Shown: piece by piece, positions 39,494 to 50,378 of the stretch
Position numbering within the stretch: the first letter of the stretch is position 1
Layout of the letters: every line of letters begins with the position of its first letter
The notes under the pieces: model-generated
What the model saw: the letters and a program-made list of their open reading frames with translations, nothing else
Databases searched by the model: none
What the model was told of the DNA's origin: nothing
Assembly: GCA_035293805.1 (NCBI GenBank)
Contig: DATGMD010000036.1
Coordinates: 1,417 to 65,416 of the forward strand
Source of the DNA: Chloroflexota bacterium
GTDB taxonomy: Bacteria; Chloroflexota; UBA6077; JAJPHF01
Direction: 5' to 3'
DNA length: 64,000 nucleotides
Made by a program: the position numbers and the translations under genes

Positions 39494-40777
39494 CTACGCA
39501 CGGCGCGGCGCCTGCTCCGGCGTCTCGGCCGAGATCCGGAGCAGGAGGCCGAGCAGCACGAAGTTCGCCAGCAGCGCGCTGCCACCATAGCTTACGAAGG
39601 GGAGCGGGATGCCGGTCAGCGGCAGCAACCGCGTCGTGCCACCCAGAATCACGAGGGCCTGCAGCGCCAGGACTGTGCTCAGCCCGGTCGCCAGCAGCTG
39701 CAAATAGGCGTCGGGGGCTCGCAGCGCGATGCGGTAGCCCCGGTACACCAGCAACAGGTACAGCATGACGAGCCCAAGGGTCCCCAGGAGGCCCAGCTCC
39801 TCGCCGATGGCCGCGATGATGAAGTCGGTGTACACGGCGGGAATGTACTCGGGATAGCCGTAGCCGAGGCCAGAGCCGAGCACGCCGCCGGCGCCGAGGG
39901 CGATGAGCGCCTGCACGACTTGATAGCCCCGGCCCTGCGCGTCGGCCCACGGGTCCAGCCAGATCGCCACGCGGTCGCGCACGTGCCCAAACAGCCGGTA
40001 CGCGGCCAGGCTACCCACGGCGAAGGCCGCCAGCCCCGTGACGACAAACCGCGCCTGCCCCGTCGCGACGTACAGCAGGGCCAGGAACAGCCCGAAGTAG
40101 AGCAGCGCCGCGCCCAGCTCGGTGTGCGCCACCACCAGGCCAAGCGCCAACAGCACCATGATCAGCAGCGGCACGAGATACGGCAGGGCCGGTAGCTGCC
40201 ACGGCCCGAGGCGCGGTCCGGCCAGCGTGATCAGCTCCCGCTTCTCCGCGAGGTAGCTCGCGACGAAGATGACCAGCAAGACCTTGAAGACCTCGGACGG
40301 CTGAAAGTACACGCCGCCGGCGCCGAGCCACCAGCGCATGCCGCTACCGTTGAGGTCCACGCCGAAGACGAAGGTCGCCAAAATGAGCGCGCAGCCGAGC
40401 GCCGCCCAGGTGTACTTGTACTGCGCCAGCCACTCGAGGCTCGGCAGCAAGGTGAGTGTGGCGATCAGCGCCGTGGCGCCCAGCGCGATCCAGAGGGCCT
40501 GGCGGCCGAAGAGTGCGGGCTCCAGCCGAGCGATCATCACCAGCCCGAGCGCGGAGAGCATGGCGCTAGTGGGCACCAGCAGTTGATCCGCGCGCGCCCA
40601 GCGCCAGGCCAAGAACCCGTGGAGCGCGAGCAGCGCCAGGGCAAAGATGAGGCATGGTCCCCACGCCGCCTGGGCGACGGGGAGGTTCTGGGTCAGAGCC
40701 AGCTCGACGACCCCGACCGCGAGGAAGAGCACGGCGAAGACGAGAAGAGCCAGCTCGCTCCAACGCCCTGCCCGCAT
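39494..40777 (-). CDS. FtsW/RodA/SpoVE (SEDS) family peptidoglycan polymerase
   Basis: Same frame as ORF 39494..40819. ATG 40777 gives MRAGRWSELALLVFAV...; conserved PSEVFK, TDFIIAAIGEELGLLG, LPLTGIPLPFVSYGGSAL. Confidence 0.9.
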   Translation of the reverse strand: MRAGRWSELALLVFAVLFLAVGVVELALTQNLPVAQAAWGPCLIFALALLALHGFLAWRWARADQLLVPTSAMLSALGLVMIARLEPALFGRQALWIALGATALIATLTLLPSLEWLAQYKYTWAALGCALILATFVFGVDLNGSGMRWWLGAGGVYFQPSEVFKVLLVIFVASYLAEKRELITLAGPRLGPWQLPALPYLVPLLIMVLLALGLVVAHTELGAALLYFGLFLALLYVATGQARFVVTGLAAFAVGSLAAYRLFGHVRDRVAIWLDPWADAQGRGYQVVQALIALGAGGVLGSGLGYGYPEYIPAVYTDFIIAAIGEELGLLGTLGLVMLYLLLVYRGYRIALRAPDAYLQLLATGLSTVLALQALVILGGTTRLLPLTGIPLPFVSYGGSALLANFVLLGLLLRISAETPEQAPRRA

Positions 40778-40997
40778 CCTGGGCCCCCTCCCGAATCCGC
40801 GCCAGCGCGGTCGTGACAACTGGCCGCGCCCGACGTACTTTAGGCTACCCGTCGGGGCTCGCGCCCCAATACCCCATAGGGCTGGCGGCGCGGCGGGGGC
40901 GCGCGCCCGATTTCTTAAGGAAATGCTCAGCCGCTCCTCATCCCGTGCTCAGTTCCGGTCAACCGCGAGCCTGTATCATGCGGCGTGAGGAGAATCG

Positions 40998-41579
40998 ATG
41001 CCGCCACCCCAGCTCGCATCGGTCGATGGCGCACCATCCCACGCCAGCTGCCAGCGGCCATGGGGTCGGCTCGCGCTGCTGGGCGGGACCGGTGTCGCGG
41101 CGCTGGCGGCGCTCGGGCTGCTGGTGCTCGGCGGCCTGGGTCAGCGGCTGCCGTGGGGGCCATGGCGGAGCGCAGGGCTGCCGCCCTTCAAGGAGGTCGT
41201 GTACCAACACCCCCTGACGGTGCTCGGGCGCGACTTCGTGATCGCCCCGACCGACGCCACCCCGGACCAGATCGAGCGGGTGTTGCTGGCGGTAGCGGAC
41301 GAGGACACGAGCGCGGTGCTGCGGCTCAACCTGTTCACCAGCGAAGAGGCGGCCCAGACACGCCGGCAGCTGATCGCCACCGGCGTGTACCCGCGGAGTG
41401 AGGATGACTACGACGGCGCGGATCCCGACCCGCCGGAGTGGGCCGCCGTGTACCCGTACTACGTTGGGATCTATACGCGCGATCCCGCCCGGCAGGTCCA
41501 TCAGTTGAGCATCTGCCTGGACGATCCGGACCATTCCCACTGTACCGTGCGGCGGTATCCGCTTCCCGCCGGCCGGTGA
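40998..41579 (+). CDS. Membrane-anchored hypothetical protein
   Basis: 193 aa. One TM segment (LALLGGTGVAALAALGLLVLGGL), then a balanced-composition soluble domain. Confidence 0.5.
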   Translation: MPPPQLASVDGAPSHASCQRPWGRLALLGGTGVAALAALGLLVLGGLGQRLPWGPWRSAGLPPFKEVVYQHPLTVLGRDFVIAPTDATPDQIERVLLAVADEDTSAVLRLNLFTSEEAAQTRRQLIATGVYPRSEDDYDGADPDPPEWAAVYPYYVGIYTRDPARQVHQLSICLDDPDHSHCTVRRYPLPAGR

Positions 41580-41597
41580 AGCGGCTAGGAGACCCGG

Positions 41598-43550
41598 ATG
41601 ATTAGCGTGCCCGCGCCCTGCGCGCCGGCCCGCGGCCTCCTCGCCCTGCTGCTCGGGCTGGCCGTCCTCGGCGGTGGCCTGGCGCCGCCTCCCGCGGCGG
41701 CCCAGGGGCCCGGCATTCAGCTCGTCGTGGAGGAGCCGGCGGCCGCGAGCGCGGTCCAGCAGCTCGTCGAGATCAGCGGCTGGGCAGTCGACCCCGCTAG
41801 CCCCACCGACAGCGGCATCAGCCCCGATGCCGTGGAGGTCTGGCTCGGCCCCGCCGGCACGGGGCAGCGACTGGGCCAGGCCGGCTATGGCGACCCCCGA
41901 CCCGACGTCGCCGACCGCTTCGGCAGCGATCGCTTTCGGCTGTCGGGCTTCCGCTACTTCTGGAATAGCTGCGACGCGCCACCGGGGCCGAACCTTCTCA
42001 CGATCACGGCCCGTGGCACGGCCAGCCCGAGCCGGATCGCCACCGCCACGGTGCCGGTCACGATCGAGAGCTGCCAGCTGGCGGTCGGCGACACGGTCAC
42101 GGGCCAGATGATCACGAGCGGCCAGGCGGACCCGTGGACCTTCGAGGGAACCGCTGGCCAACGCGTGAGCATCACGCTCGACGGCTATGAATACGGCGGC
42201 TGGGACCCGTTCCTGGAGTTGATCGCGCCCGACGGCACGCGGGAGGACCAGGACGACGATAGCGGCCCGGATCTCGATTCGTGGCTGAGCCGACGGCTCG
42301 GCCAGAGCGGCACGTACACTGTGCGGGCGCACCCGTTCAGCAACGCCGGCTGCACGGGCGACTACACGCTGCTCGGCTGGCTAGGCCCCGCGGAGCGCAG
42401 CGATCCCAACCGCGCGGCGGGCCCGTTGGGCACCACGACCCAGTTCGCCTATCGCGGCTCCTTACGGGAGTTCGGCGAGCGCCAGCCCTGGACGTTCGAG
42501 GGGGCGGCCGGCCAGGAATTGATCGTGTACCTGCCCCGCAACGTGGGCAGCAGCCTCGCGCCGCACCTCGCGCTGCTGGGGCCTGACGGCCGCGTGCTGG
42601 CGGAGGACGAACAGAGCGGCGGCGGGGTGAACGCCTTCCTCCAAGGGATCCTGCCCGCAGACGGCACCTACACGCTCGAGGCCCGCTCGGCGCGCGACGA
42701 TTGTGGTGGCGACTACGTCCTGCGGGTGGAGCCCGACTGGGGCGACCAGAGCCAGCTGCGCGGGAACCTGGCCTTCGACGCACCGGTGACGGGCAGTCTC
42801 TCCCGCGACGTCCGGCGAGACGTGTGGAGCTTCCCCACGACGGCGGGGGAGCGGGTCACGCTGCTGGCGGAGACGAACGGGCCGACGCGGCTGCAAGTCG
42901 CCGCGCCGAGCGGCGATTGGGAGCAGGAACAAGCCTCGCCGGGGCGGCCGCTGGCGCTGTCGTTCGAGCCCGCCGAGAGCGGGACATACGCCGCCGTCGT
43001 CTTCGTCGACACGAGCCAGCCCATCGACTACCAGCTGACCCTGCAGCGGGGCTACGGGGCGCTCGTCAGCACGAAGGGGCCGGTCCCGCTCGGCCAGCCC
43101 GTGTCGGGGGAGATCCACTATCCGAGGGGGCGGGACCTGTACACGTTCACGGGACAGGCGGGCCAGCAGGTGCGGATCGCCCTCGATCAGGCGACGGCCA
43201 GAAGCCCCCTCGACCCGTACCTGGAGCTGCAAGACCCGACCGGCCGGACCATCGCCGAGGACGATGACAGCGGCGGCGGGCCGAACGGGGTCAACGCCTT
43301 GATCCAGGTCCCGCTACCCGTGACCGGCCAGTACACGATCGTGGCGCGGGGTTTCGAGGACACCGCCGGGCCCTACGTGCTCAACGTGACGCTGAGCCCG
43401 CCTACCCCGTCGGGTCCTGCGACCACCCCGACGCCAGCGGCGCCAGCTCCCGCGACCACCCCGACGCCGGCGCCGCCAGGCCCTACCCCCGGCCCGTCAC
43501 CCGCGCCGCCACACACGCCAGTGAGCCCACCGCCGGGGCCGCGCCGCTAA
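41598..43550 (+). CDS. Secreted protein: Ig-like N-terminal module plus about five pre-peptidase C-terminal (PPC)-like repeats and a Pro/Thr tail
   Basis: 650 aa. After a signal peptide come repeats of the form G.L....D.W.F.G.AGQ.V.I.L......LDP.LEL..PDG...A.DDDSG. Confidence 0.75.
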   Translation: MISVPAPCAPARGLLALLLGLAVLGGGLAPPPAAAQGPGIQLVVEEPAAASAVQQLVEISGWAVDPASPTDSGISPDAVEVWLGPAGTGQRLGQAGYGDPRPDVADRFGSDRFRLSGFRYFWNSCDAPPGPNLLTITARGTASPSRIATATVPVTIESCQLAVGDTVTGQMITSGQADPWTFEGTAGQRVSITLDGYEYGGWDPFLELIAPDGTREDQDDDSGPDLDSWLSRRLGQSGTYTVRAHPFSNAGCTGDYTLLGWLGPAERSDPNRAAGPLGTTTQFAYRGSLREFGERQPWTFEGAAGQELIVYLPRNVGSSLAPHLALLGPDGRVLAEDEQSGGGVNAFLQGILPADGTYTLEARSARDDCGGDYVLRVEPDWGDQSQLRGNLAFDAPVTGSLSRDVRRDVWSFPTTAGERVTLLAETNGPTRLQVAAPSGDWEQEQASPGRPLALSFEPAESGTYAAVVFVDTSQPIDYQLTLQRGYGALVSTKGPVPLGQPVSGEIHYPRGRDLYTFTGQAGQQVRIALDQATARSPLDPYLELQDPTGRTIAEDDDSGGGPNGVNALIQVPLPVTGQYTIVARGFEDTAGPYVLNVTLSPPTPSGPATTPTPAAPAPATTPTPAPPGPTPGPSPAPPHTPVSPPPGPRR

Positions 43551-43654
43551 TCGAGCGGTCGAGGAGCCGCGGAGCCGTCCCGCCCACGTCCGACGCGGGG
43601 CAGGCACCGCGCGCGGCTCGGCTGGGCACGTGCCATGCCTGCGCCTCGGCGCGG

Positions 43655-44170
43655 CTAACGCACGAGACGGACCAACTCGAAGAGGAGGTTTGTGGCATCC
43701 AGCAGGCGGTTGATCTGGGTCTGCCGTCTCTGATTCTGTACACGCTTCAGCCGCCACACGCTCTCGCTGGGATCGGGTGAATCCGCCTCGTAGTCGTCCA
43801 GCCGTTGCAGGACGATATGCGGGTAGCTGGTCGTAAACTCTTGCACCTCGCTGATGCTACCCGTCGGCGTGACCGTTTGCGCGATCGGCCCCCCGGCGGG
43901 ATCCGCCGTCACGAACTGAATCGCCTGCCACGTCAGTTCCTCGACGACGGCCAGACGGAGCTGCGCGGGCGGGATGCTCCGGGGCAGGGACATCACCCCG
44001 AGGCGGTTCGGGTCCGCGTGGTACTTACGCAACAGGTCCAGGTGATCGCAGCGCCCTTCGAGAACATCCTGGACCCGTTGAAACAGCACTTGTGAGAATT
44101 GCCGTTCCGCCTCGGTATAGTCAGCCCGCCGGCGGGGCGCCCGGAGGCCGTTCAGGTTACCCTTAGCCAT
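43655..44170 (-). CDS. Hypothetical protein (lower-GC)
   Basis: Same frame as ORF 43655..44227. ATG 44170 gives MAKGNLNGLRAPRRRADYTEAERQF... The composition is balanced. No family recognised. Confidence 0.5.
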   Translation of the reverse strand: MAKGNLNGLRAPRRRADYTEAERQFSQVLFQRVQDVLEGRCDHLDLLRKYHADPNRLGVMSLPRSIPPAQLRLAVVEELTWQAIQFVTADPAGGPIAQTVTPTGSISEVQEFTTSYPHIVLQRLDDYEADSPDPSESVWRLKRVQNQRRQTQINRLLDATNLLFELVRLVR

Positions 44171-44232
44171 CCTTGCCGTCCTCCCGCAGCCCGCCGGTGC
44201 GCCACGCAGGCCGCCCGCACCTCCCACGCCCG

Positions 44233-44364
44233 CTAGAGTACGAGAGCGGCCACGGCAGGGGCTAGCCCCAGACGGCGCACAAGCGCCGTCGCGAGCGCCG
44301 ACACCACGGCGGAAAGGACCGCGACACGCAGCACCACGCGGAGTGGGCGCAACAACCAGCTCAT
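44233..44364 (-). CDS. Possible 43-aa single-TM peptide
   Basis: Hand-found, below the track cutoff. GGAGGAG lies 3 nt upstream of ATG 44364. Sequence: MSWLLRPLRVVLRVAVLSAVVSALATALVRRLGLAPAVAALVL. It sits between the NRAMP gene and 43655..44170. Confidence 0.35.
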   Translation of the reverse strand: MSWLLRPLRVVLRVAVLSAVVSALATALVRRLGLAPAVAALVL

Positions 44365-44493
44365 CGTCTCCTCCCCTTGCGATCGTCAGATGACGCCTCG
44401 ACCCGCAGTGAGTATGCCACGCTCCGCGTACTCGACACCGCCTTCGACTCGCTCAATCGGCCAGCCTGCGGCTCATCCAGAAGCGCCGCGCGG

Positions 44494-45777
44494 TCAGCCG
44501 GGGCGGAGCAGTTGTTGCGCCAGATAGATGACGCAGGCGACGCTGACGATCGCGGTCGTCGCCCAGCCCACCCCGGCCAGCAGGCCCGACACCCGATGCG
44601 TGCCCATCACGCGCGGAGAGCGAGCCAGTACGAGCAGGAGCACCAGCAGCACCGGGGTGCCCAGACCGCCGAGGATGCTGGCGGCGAACAACAATTGGAT
44701 CGGTTCCATGCCCAGGTGGGTCATGGCCGCTCCCAGCACCAGACTGCCGAGCATGACAGCATAGAAGCGCCAGCTGCACCGGCCCAGCGGGACGTCGAGG
44801 CCACGGCGCCAGTCGAAGGCGGCGCACACGACATACCCGCTGGTGGCAGCGAGGATGGGCAGGGCGAGGACCGCGCTGGCGAGCAGGCCCACCGCGAACA
44901 ACGCCTCGGCCCACACGCCGGCCAGCGGCGCCAGCGCCGCGGCCGCATCCTGCGCGGTCGCCACAGGCTGCCCCGCGACCCCGAGCGTGGCGCCCGTCCC
45001 CACGACGATCGCCCAGAACACGAGCACGGTAAAGACCATGCCGCCGGCCGCATCCCACTCGACCCACCGCAGCAGGTGGAGCGGCGGGCGCTCCTCCGCC
45101 ATCTCGATGGTCTCCCAGAAGTACACGTAGCTGGTCAGGGTCGTGCCGAGGAGGGCCAGGATCGCCGCCACGTAATCGGGAGTGAGCTGGAGGGACGGCA
45201 CCACCGTATGCTGTACGACCTCGCTCCAGGCGGGACGAGCGAGCGCCGCCGCCGCGAAGTAGGCGAGGAAGATCAGTAGCACGTAGCCCAGAAGCCGCGC
45301 CACCTGTCGGTAGCTGCCCAGTGCTAAGAGTGCGCCGATCCCGAGCGTGAGCGGGACCACGAACCACGGCCAGGGCAGGCCGGTGAGCAGCTCCAGCGCG
45401 GCGGCGCCGGCCTCGAGGTCCGCGCCGATGGTGATGAGGTTCACGCCTACAACCAGCACCATCGCCGCCAGCGCCCAGCGGAAGCCGAGTTGCTCGCGAA
45501 CGACCGTTTCCAGGTCGCTCCGCGTCACGGCTCCCACACGCGCGCTGATCACCTGGATGGCGACGAGCATTGGCAGGAGGAGGACGACGAGCCAGGCCAG
45601 CCCGTAGATGGTCGTGGCCCCGACCACCGCCAATGTAGCCACGGTCGTGGGGTCATTATCCGCCGCCCCGGCGATGACGCCAGCTCCCAGGTGGCGCAGC
45701 AGAGCGCCAGAGCGGGCCGACTGCCGACCTGGTTCTTCGCGCGGGCCCTCGTTCACGGGCGCACCTCGGCGCGGCAT
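44494..45777 (-). CDS. NRAMP family divalent-metal transporter
   Basis: 427 aa. LGAGVIAGAADNDPTTVATLAVVGA; about 11 hydrophobic segments. Confidence 0.85.
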   Translation of the reverse strand: MPRRGAPVNEGPREEPGRQSARSGALLRHLGAGVIAGAADNDPTTVATLAVVGATTIYGLAWLVVLLLPMLVAIQVISARVGAVTRSDLETVVREQLGFRWALAAMVLVVGVNLITIGADLEAGAAALELLTGLPWPWFVVPLTLGIGALLALGSYRQVARLLGYVLLIFLAYFAAAALARPAWSEVVQHTVVPSLQLTPDYVAAILALLGTTLTSYVYFWETIEMAEERPPLHLLRWVEWDAAGGMVFTVLVFWAIVVGTGATLGVAGQPVATAQDAAAALAPLAGVWAEALFAVGLLASAVLALPILAATSGYVVCAAFDWRRGLDVPLGRCSWRFYAVMLGSLVLGAAMTHLGMEPIQLLFAASILGGLGTPVLLVLLLVLARSPRVMGTHRVSGLLAGVGWATTAIVSVACVIYLAQQLLRPG

Positions 45778-45895
45778 TGCAGCAGGCGCGGCCCGGCAGC
45801 AGCCCGCGCGCCGGCCCGGGCGCTCCCCTCGTCAGCGGGATGATGATACGCGACGCACGAGTAGCCCCACGCCCGCAACGGGGCCTGGCGCGGCG

Positions 45896-46804
45896 TTACT
45901 CGCCCTCCTGCTCGGCCCGGATCGCGGCGTCTTCCTCGGCCCGGACCCAGGCCAGAACGACCCAGATCAGTGGGCAGATGTCGACCAGCTCCGGCAGCAC
46001 CGCCAGAACTACCCCGGCGGTCTGCTGGTCCATCAAAGGGCTCAGCCCCCATGACGCAGTACGATCCTGATAGATCGGATACAGCAGCGATTGCGAGACG
46101 ATAAGCACGAAACCGAACCCGCCGCTCACGAGGGAGGTCATCACGACCGCGACGATCGCCTGCCCGTAGGCGGACCCGGCCAGGTCACCGGGCTGGCGCA
46201 CCATCACCCAGAACAACAGGCCCGTGGCCAGGAAGCTGAGCTGAGCGAGCGTGTGCAGCACCGCGTTCTGCACCGAAGCTTGATAGACGATGGGCACATG
46301 CCAGACGAACAGGGCTGCTACGTCGAGCAGCCCCACGACGAGCGGCTGCGTGAGCAGCGCCCCGGCGCCGCGTGCTGACTCGGCCCATCTCGCTGGGAAA
46401 CGGCTCGTCCAGGGCGATAGGAGCGCCGCGCGCAGCGGCTCGCGCGGCCGGCCCCAGAGCAGCAGCGGTGGCGCCGTGGTCGACAGCAGATCGTACTGCC
46501 CCATGTGAGCTGAGAGCAGGGCCAGCGCCAAGGGGTCCAGCGGCGAGCAGATCGCGGCGAACACGACGAGCAGGCCGCTGCCGAAGGCCGCCGCGCGCCA
46601 CGCGGGGTGCGCATCCCACCGCTCGCCGCGACGCCCCAAGCGCCGGATCCCGCCGCCATACAGGGCCGCGAGCACGACGAGGGGGAGCCAGAGGAGTGGG
46701 GCGAGATTCCACCAGGTCCAGAGGTCCGCGGGGACGGGAAACCGGGGCGAGGCACCCGGCCCCGCCAGTGGTACGAGCGAGACGCCGAGCGCCGGCCAGC
46801 GCAT
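45896..46804 (-). CDS. Cytochrome c oxidase assembly factor CtaG-like (Caa3_CtaG) membrane protein
   Basis: Same frame as ORF 45896..46912. ATG 46804 gives MRWPALGVSLV...; then LLSAHMGQYDLLSTTAPPLLLWGRP and multiple TM segments. Confidence 0.7.
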   Translation of the reverse strand: MRWPALGVSLVPLAGPGASPRFPVPADLWTWWNLAPLLWLPLVVLAALYGGGIRRLGRRGERWDAHPAWRAAAFGSGLLVVFAAICSPLDPLALALLSAHMGQYDLLSTTAPPLLLWGRPREPLRAALLSPWTSRFPARWAESARGAGALLTQPLVVGLLDVAALFVWHVPIVYQASVQNAVLHTLAQLSFLATGLLFWVMVRQPGDLAGSAYGQAIVAVVMTSLVSGGFGFVLIVSQSLLYPIYQDRTASWGLSPLMDQQTAGVVLAVLPELVDICPLIWVVLAWVRAEEDAAIRAEQEGE

Positions 46805-47108
46805 ACCCAAGCCCAGCTGTGCAGAGACGACTATTTTTGCCGTGCCGAGCCCACGGCCGCCCGGCCGTGGCCGTGCGCGGCGGCCATGACGGCGCGGCGC
46901 ACATGAACGCACGCCCGCTGGCGTCCTGCCGAACTATACTCATTTGCCAGCGGCGCCCGAAAACCGGTAGCGTCTGGCCCGGCCATGGCTGAGGGCTGGC
47001 CAGGAATGGCCGGCGCGTGATTTGGTGTTCTGGGCAGGGAGCAACAGTCCCCAGCGAACTGAGACGCCGGGCCCCGCTATGACGGGCGCGTGTGCGGTGG
47101 CCAGACCA

Positions 47109-47147
47109 GAGAGGGCCAGGTAAGAGTGGATCTCACCTGGCCCTCTC
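47109..47147 (-). terminator. 13-bp perfect stem-loop just 3' of the tRNA-like element
   Basis: gagagggccaggt (13-nt loop) acctggccctctc. There is no U-tract. The arms resemble the 17106 repeat family. Confidence 0.35.
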
Positions 47148-47177
47148 GGACTAGCGTCATCACGCCGCTTGCTTGAG

Positions 47178-47271
47178 TGAGCCGCCAGGGACTTGAACCC
47201 TGAACCCGCTGCGGTGGAAGCGGCGCGGGCCGGGACGCGGGGCGCAGCGGGGCGGGCCGGCGACGCGGCTC
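47178..47271 (-). other. tRNA-like element: canonical T-arm and acceptor 3' strand, non-canonical 5' part
   Basis: The minus strand ends CAGGG-TTCAAGT-CCCTG-GCGGCTC-A (5-bp T-stem, 7-nt T-loop, 7-nt acceptor strand, discriminator A). A perfect complement, GAGCCGC, lies 94 nt upstream. The intervening sequence is C-rich and I cannot fold D or anticodon arms from it. Confidence 0.25.
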
Positions 47272-47574
47272 CTGGCGGCACCGCCCACCTGCGCATCACC
47301 ACGTTTGGCCTGCCACTTGCCGTGGCGAAAATCGACGCCGCGCGCTTCGCGCCGCCGCCCGCCACGAGCCCCTTCCTGCAGCGCCTGGGCCTCGCCCCGT
47401 AGCCCGCGCCCCCGAACCTCGCCAGTCGCGGCGGAATCCACTACACTCGACGGCGCGGCCGCGCGGTGGCGGCGCGCCAGGGTGTCGAACTTCGGGCGCG
47501 GGCGCGGAACCAGGAGCGAGGGGCGAGCGCGCGCCGGGGCGTGCTGGCGCCCCGGCGCGGGAGCGGAGGGCAGC

Positions 47575-49117
<1,543 letters not shown>

Positions 49118-49175
49118 GATGCTCGTCGCCGTCCACCGGCATCGAGGGGGCCCGGCGGCGACCAGGAGGTGAGGA

Positions 49176-50378
49176 ATGCCCAATCTCCGTAGCCTAGCGG
49201 TGACGCTAGAAACCGTCACGCCGCTCTTTCTCGCGGGGGCCCAACCGCGCGCGAAGCCCGAGCTGCGGCCGCCCGCGTTCCGCGGCGCGCTGCGCTATTG
49301 GCTCCGGGCGGCCCTCGGCGGCGCGCTGGGCGACAACGCTGCGGCTGTGGGGCACGCGGAGGCCGCGGTCTTCGGCAGCCCGGAGGCGACGCAGGGTGGC
49401 GCCTCGGCAGTTACGGTCCGCCTCCGGCACGGCGCGCTGCCGGAGGCGCAAGCCTACCAGCGGGGACCCACGAGAACGATTCCCAGGGAGGGCCGTCCCC
49501 CGCTGCGGCAGCCTACCGGGCGCGATTATCTATACTGGTCGATGGCCGAGAGTGGCAATCGCGAGCGGGGCAATTGGCAGGCGGCGAAGCAATACTATCC
49601 CGCGGAGAGCACACAGTTCACCCTTGAGCTTGGCCTCCGTCCGGGCGCACGAGACGACGCGCTGAATGAGGCTCTGGCCGCGCTCTGGCTCCTCGTGCAG
49701 CTCGGCGGTGTAGGATCACGGTCGCGCCGCACGGCCGGCAGTCTCAGCGTACGCGAGGGCGTCGAGTCAGGAGGGTTGCGCTTCGCACTCGCGGGGAGCG
49801 ACCCGACCCACCTGGCCGACGAGCTTGGCGCCGGGCTGTGCCGCGTGCGCGAGCAGTTTGCCCCCCACGGCCGCACCGACGTATCTGTGCCGACCGCCTT
49901 TGACGTGCTGCACCCGGCGGCGTGCGGGGTGTGGCTGCTCGGCGTGTGGCCGACGCCGCGCGACGCCGTAGAGGCGGTGGGAGCGGCCTTGCGCGATTTC
50001 CGCACCTATCGCGAACCGGACCATCAGAACGTGGCGCGCTGGCTGCAGGGGGCGGCGATCCCGACGGTGGAGCGCGCCGCATTCGGGCTACCGATTCCAT
50101 ATCGGTATGCCAACGGGTCCTCTGGCACCGTCCAGGCGCAGCTCGATAGTCGTCGAATAGAGCGGCGAGCCTCGCCACTGTGGCTCCACGTGTCCAGGAC
50201 GACCGAGGGCAAAGGCGTGGGCATTGCCACACTCTTCCGTGCCCGCTTCCTGCCCGAGGGGGCACAATTGGCCGCGGGCGGCGGGCGCCCGACGCTCCCG
50301 CCGCCGTCCGACTACCAGCTTATCGAGCGCTGGATTACCGAGAGCTTCCCGAATGCACGCGAGGCGCGCTATGTCTGA
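49176..50378 (+). CDS. cmr1: Type III-B RAMP protein Cmr1
   Basis: 400 aa. AGGAGGTGAGGA lies immediately upstream of the ATG. VTPLFLAGA...ELRPPAFRGALRYWLRAALGG and LVQLGGVGSRSRRTAGSLSV (G-rich loop). Confidence 0.85.
   Translation: MPNLRSLAVTLETVTPLFLAGAQPRAKPELRPPAFRGALRYWLRAALGGALGDNAAAVGHAEAAVFGSPEATQGGASAVTVRLRHGALPEAQAYQRGPTRTIPREGRPPLRQPTGRDYLYWSMAESGNRERGNWQAAKQYYPAESTQFTLELGLRPGARDDALNEALAALWLLVQLGGVGSRSRRTAGSLSVREGVESGGLRFALAGSDPTHLADELGAGLCRVREQFAPHGRTDVSVPTAFDVLHPAACGVWLLGVWPTPRDAVEAVGAALRDFRTYREPDHQNVARWLQGAAIPTVERAAFGLPIPYRYANGSSGTVQAQLDSRRIERRASPLWLHVSRTTEGKGVGIATLFRARFLPEGAQLAAGGGRPTLPPPSDYQLIERWITESFPNAREARYV

Noticed and set aside
47190-47240. SRP (4.5S) RNA, suggested by the GGTGGAAGCGGC segment.
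   Set aside because: The conserved helix-8 motif (AGGUCCGGAAGGAAGCAGC with a closed GGAA tetraloop) is not present on either strand.
47178-47545. tmRNA (ssrA) or tRNA-Sec as an explanation for the T-arm/acceptor-like sequence.
   Set aside because: There is no G3:U70 pair: the U is at position 71 and pairs with A2. No 5' GGGG...UUCGAC element pairs with the 3' end. No tag-like ORF ending in ALAA exists. No CUUCAAA/UCA anticodon loop and no 8-bp acceptor stem is present.
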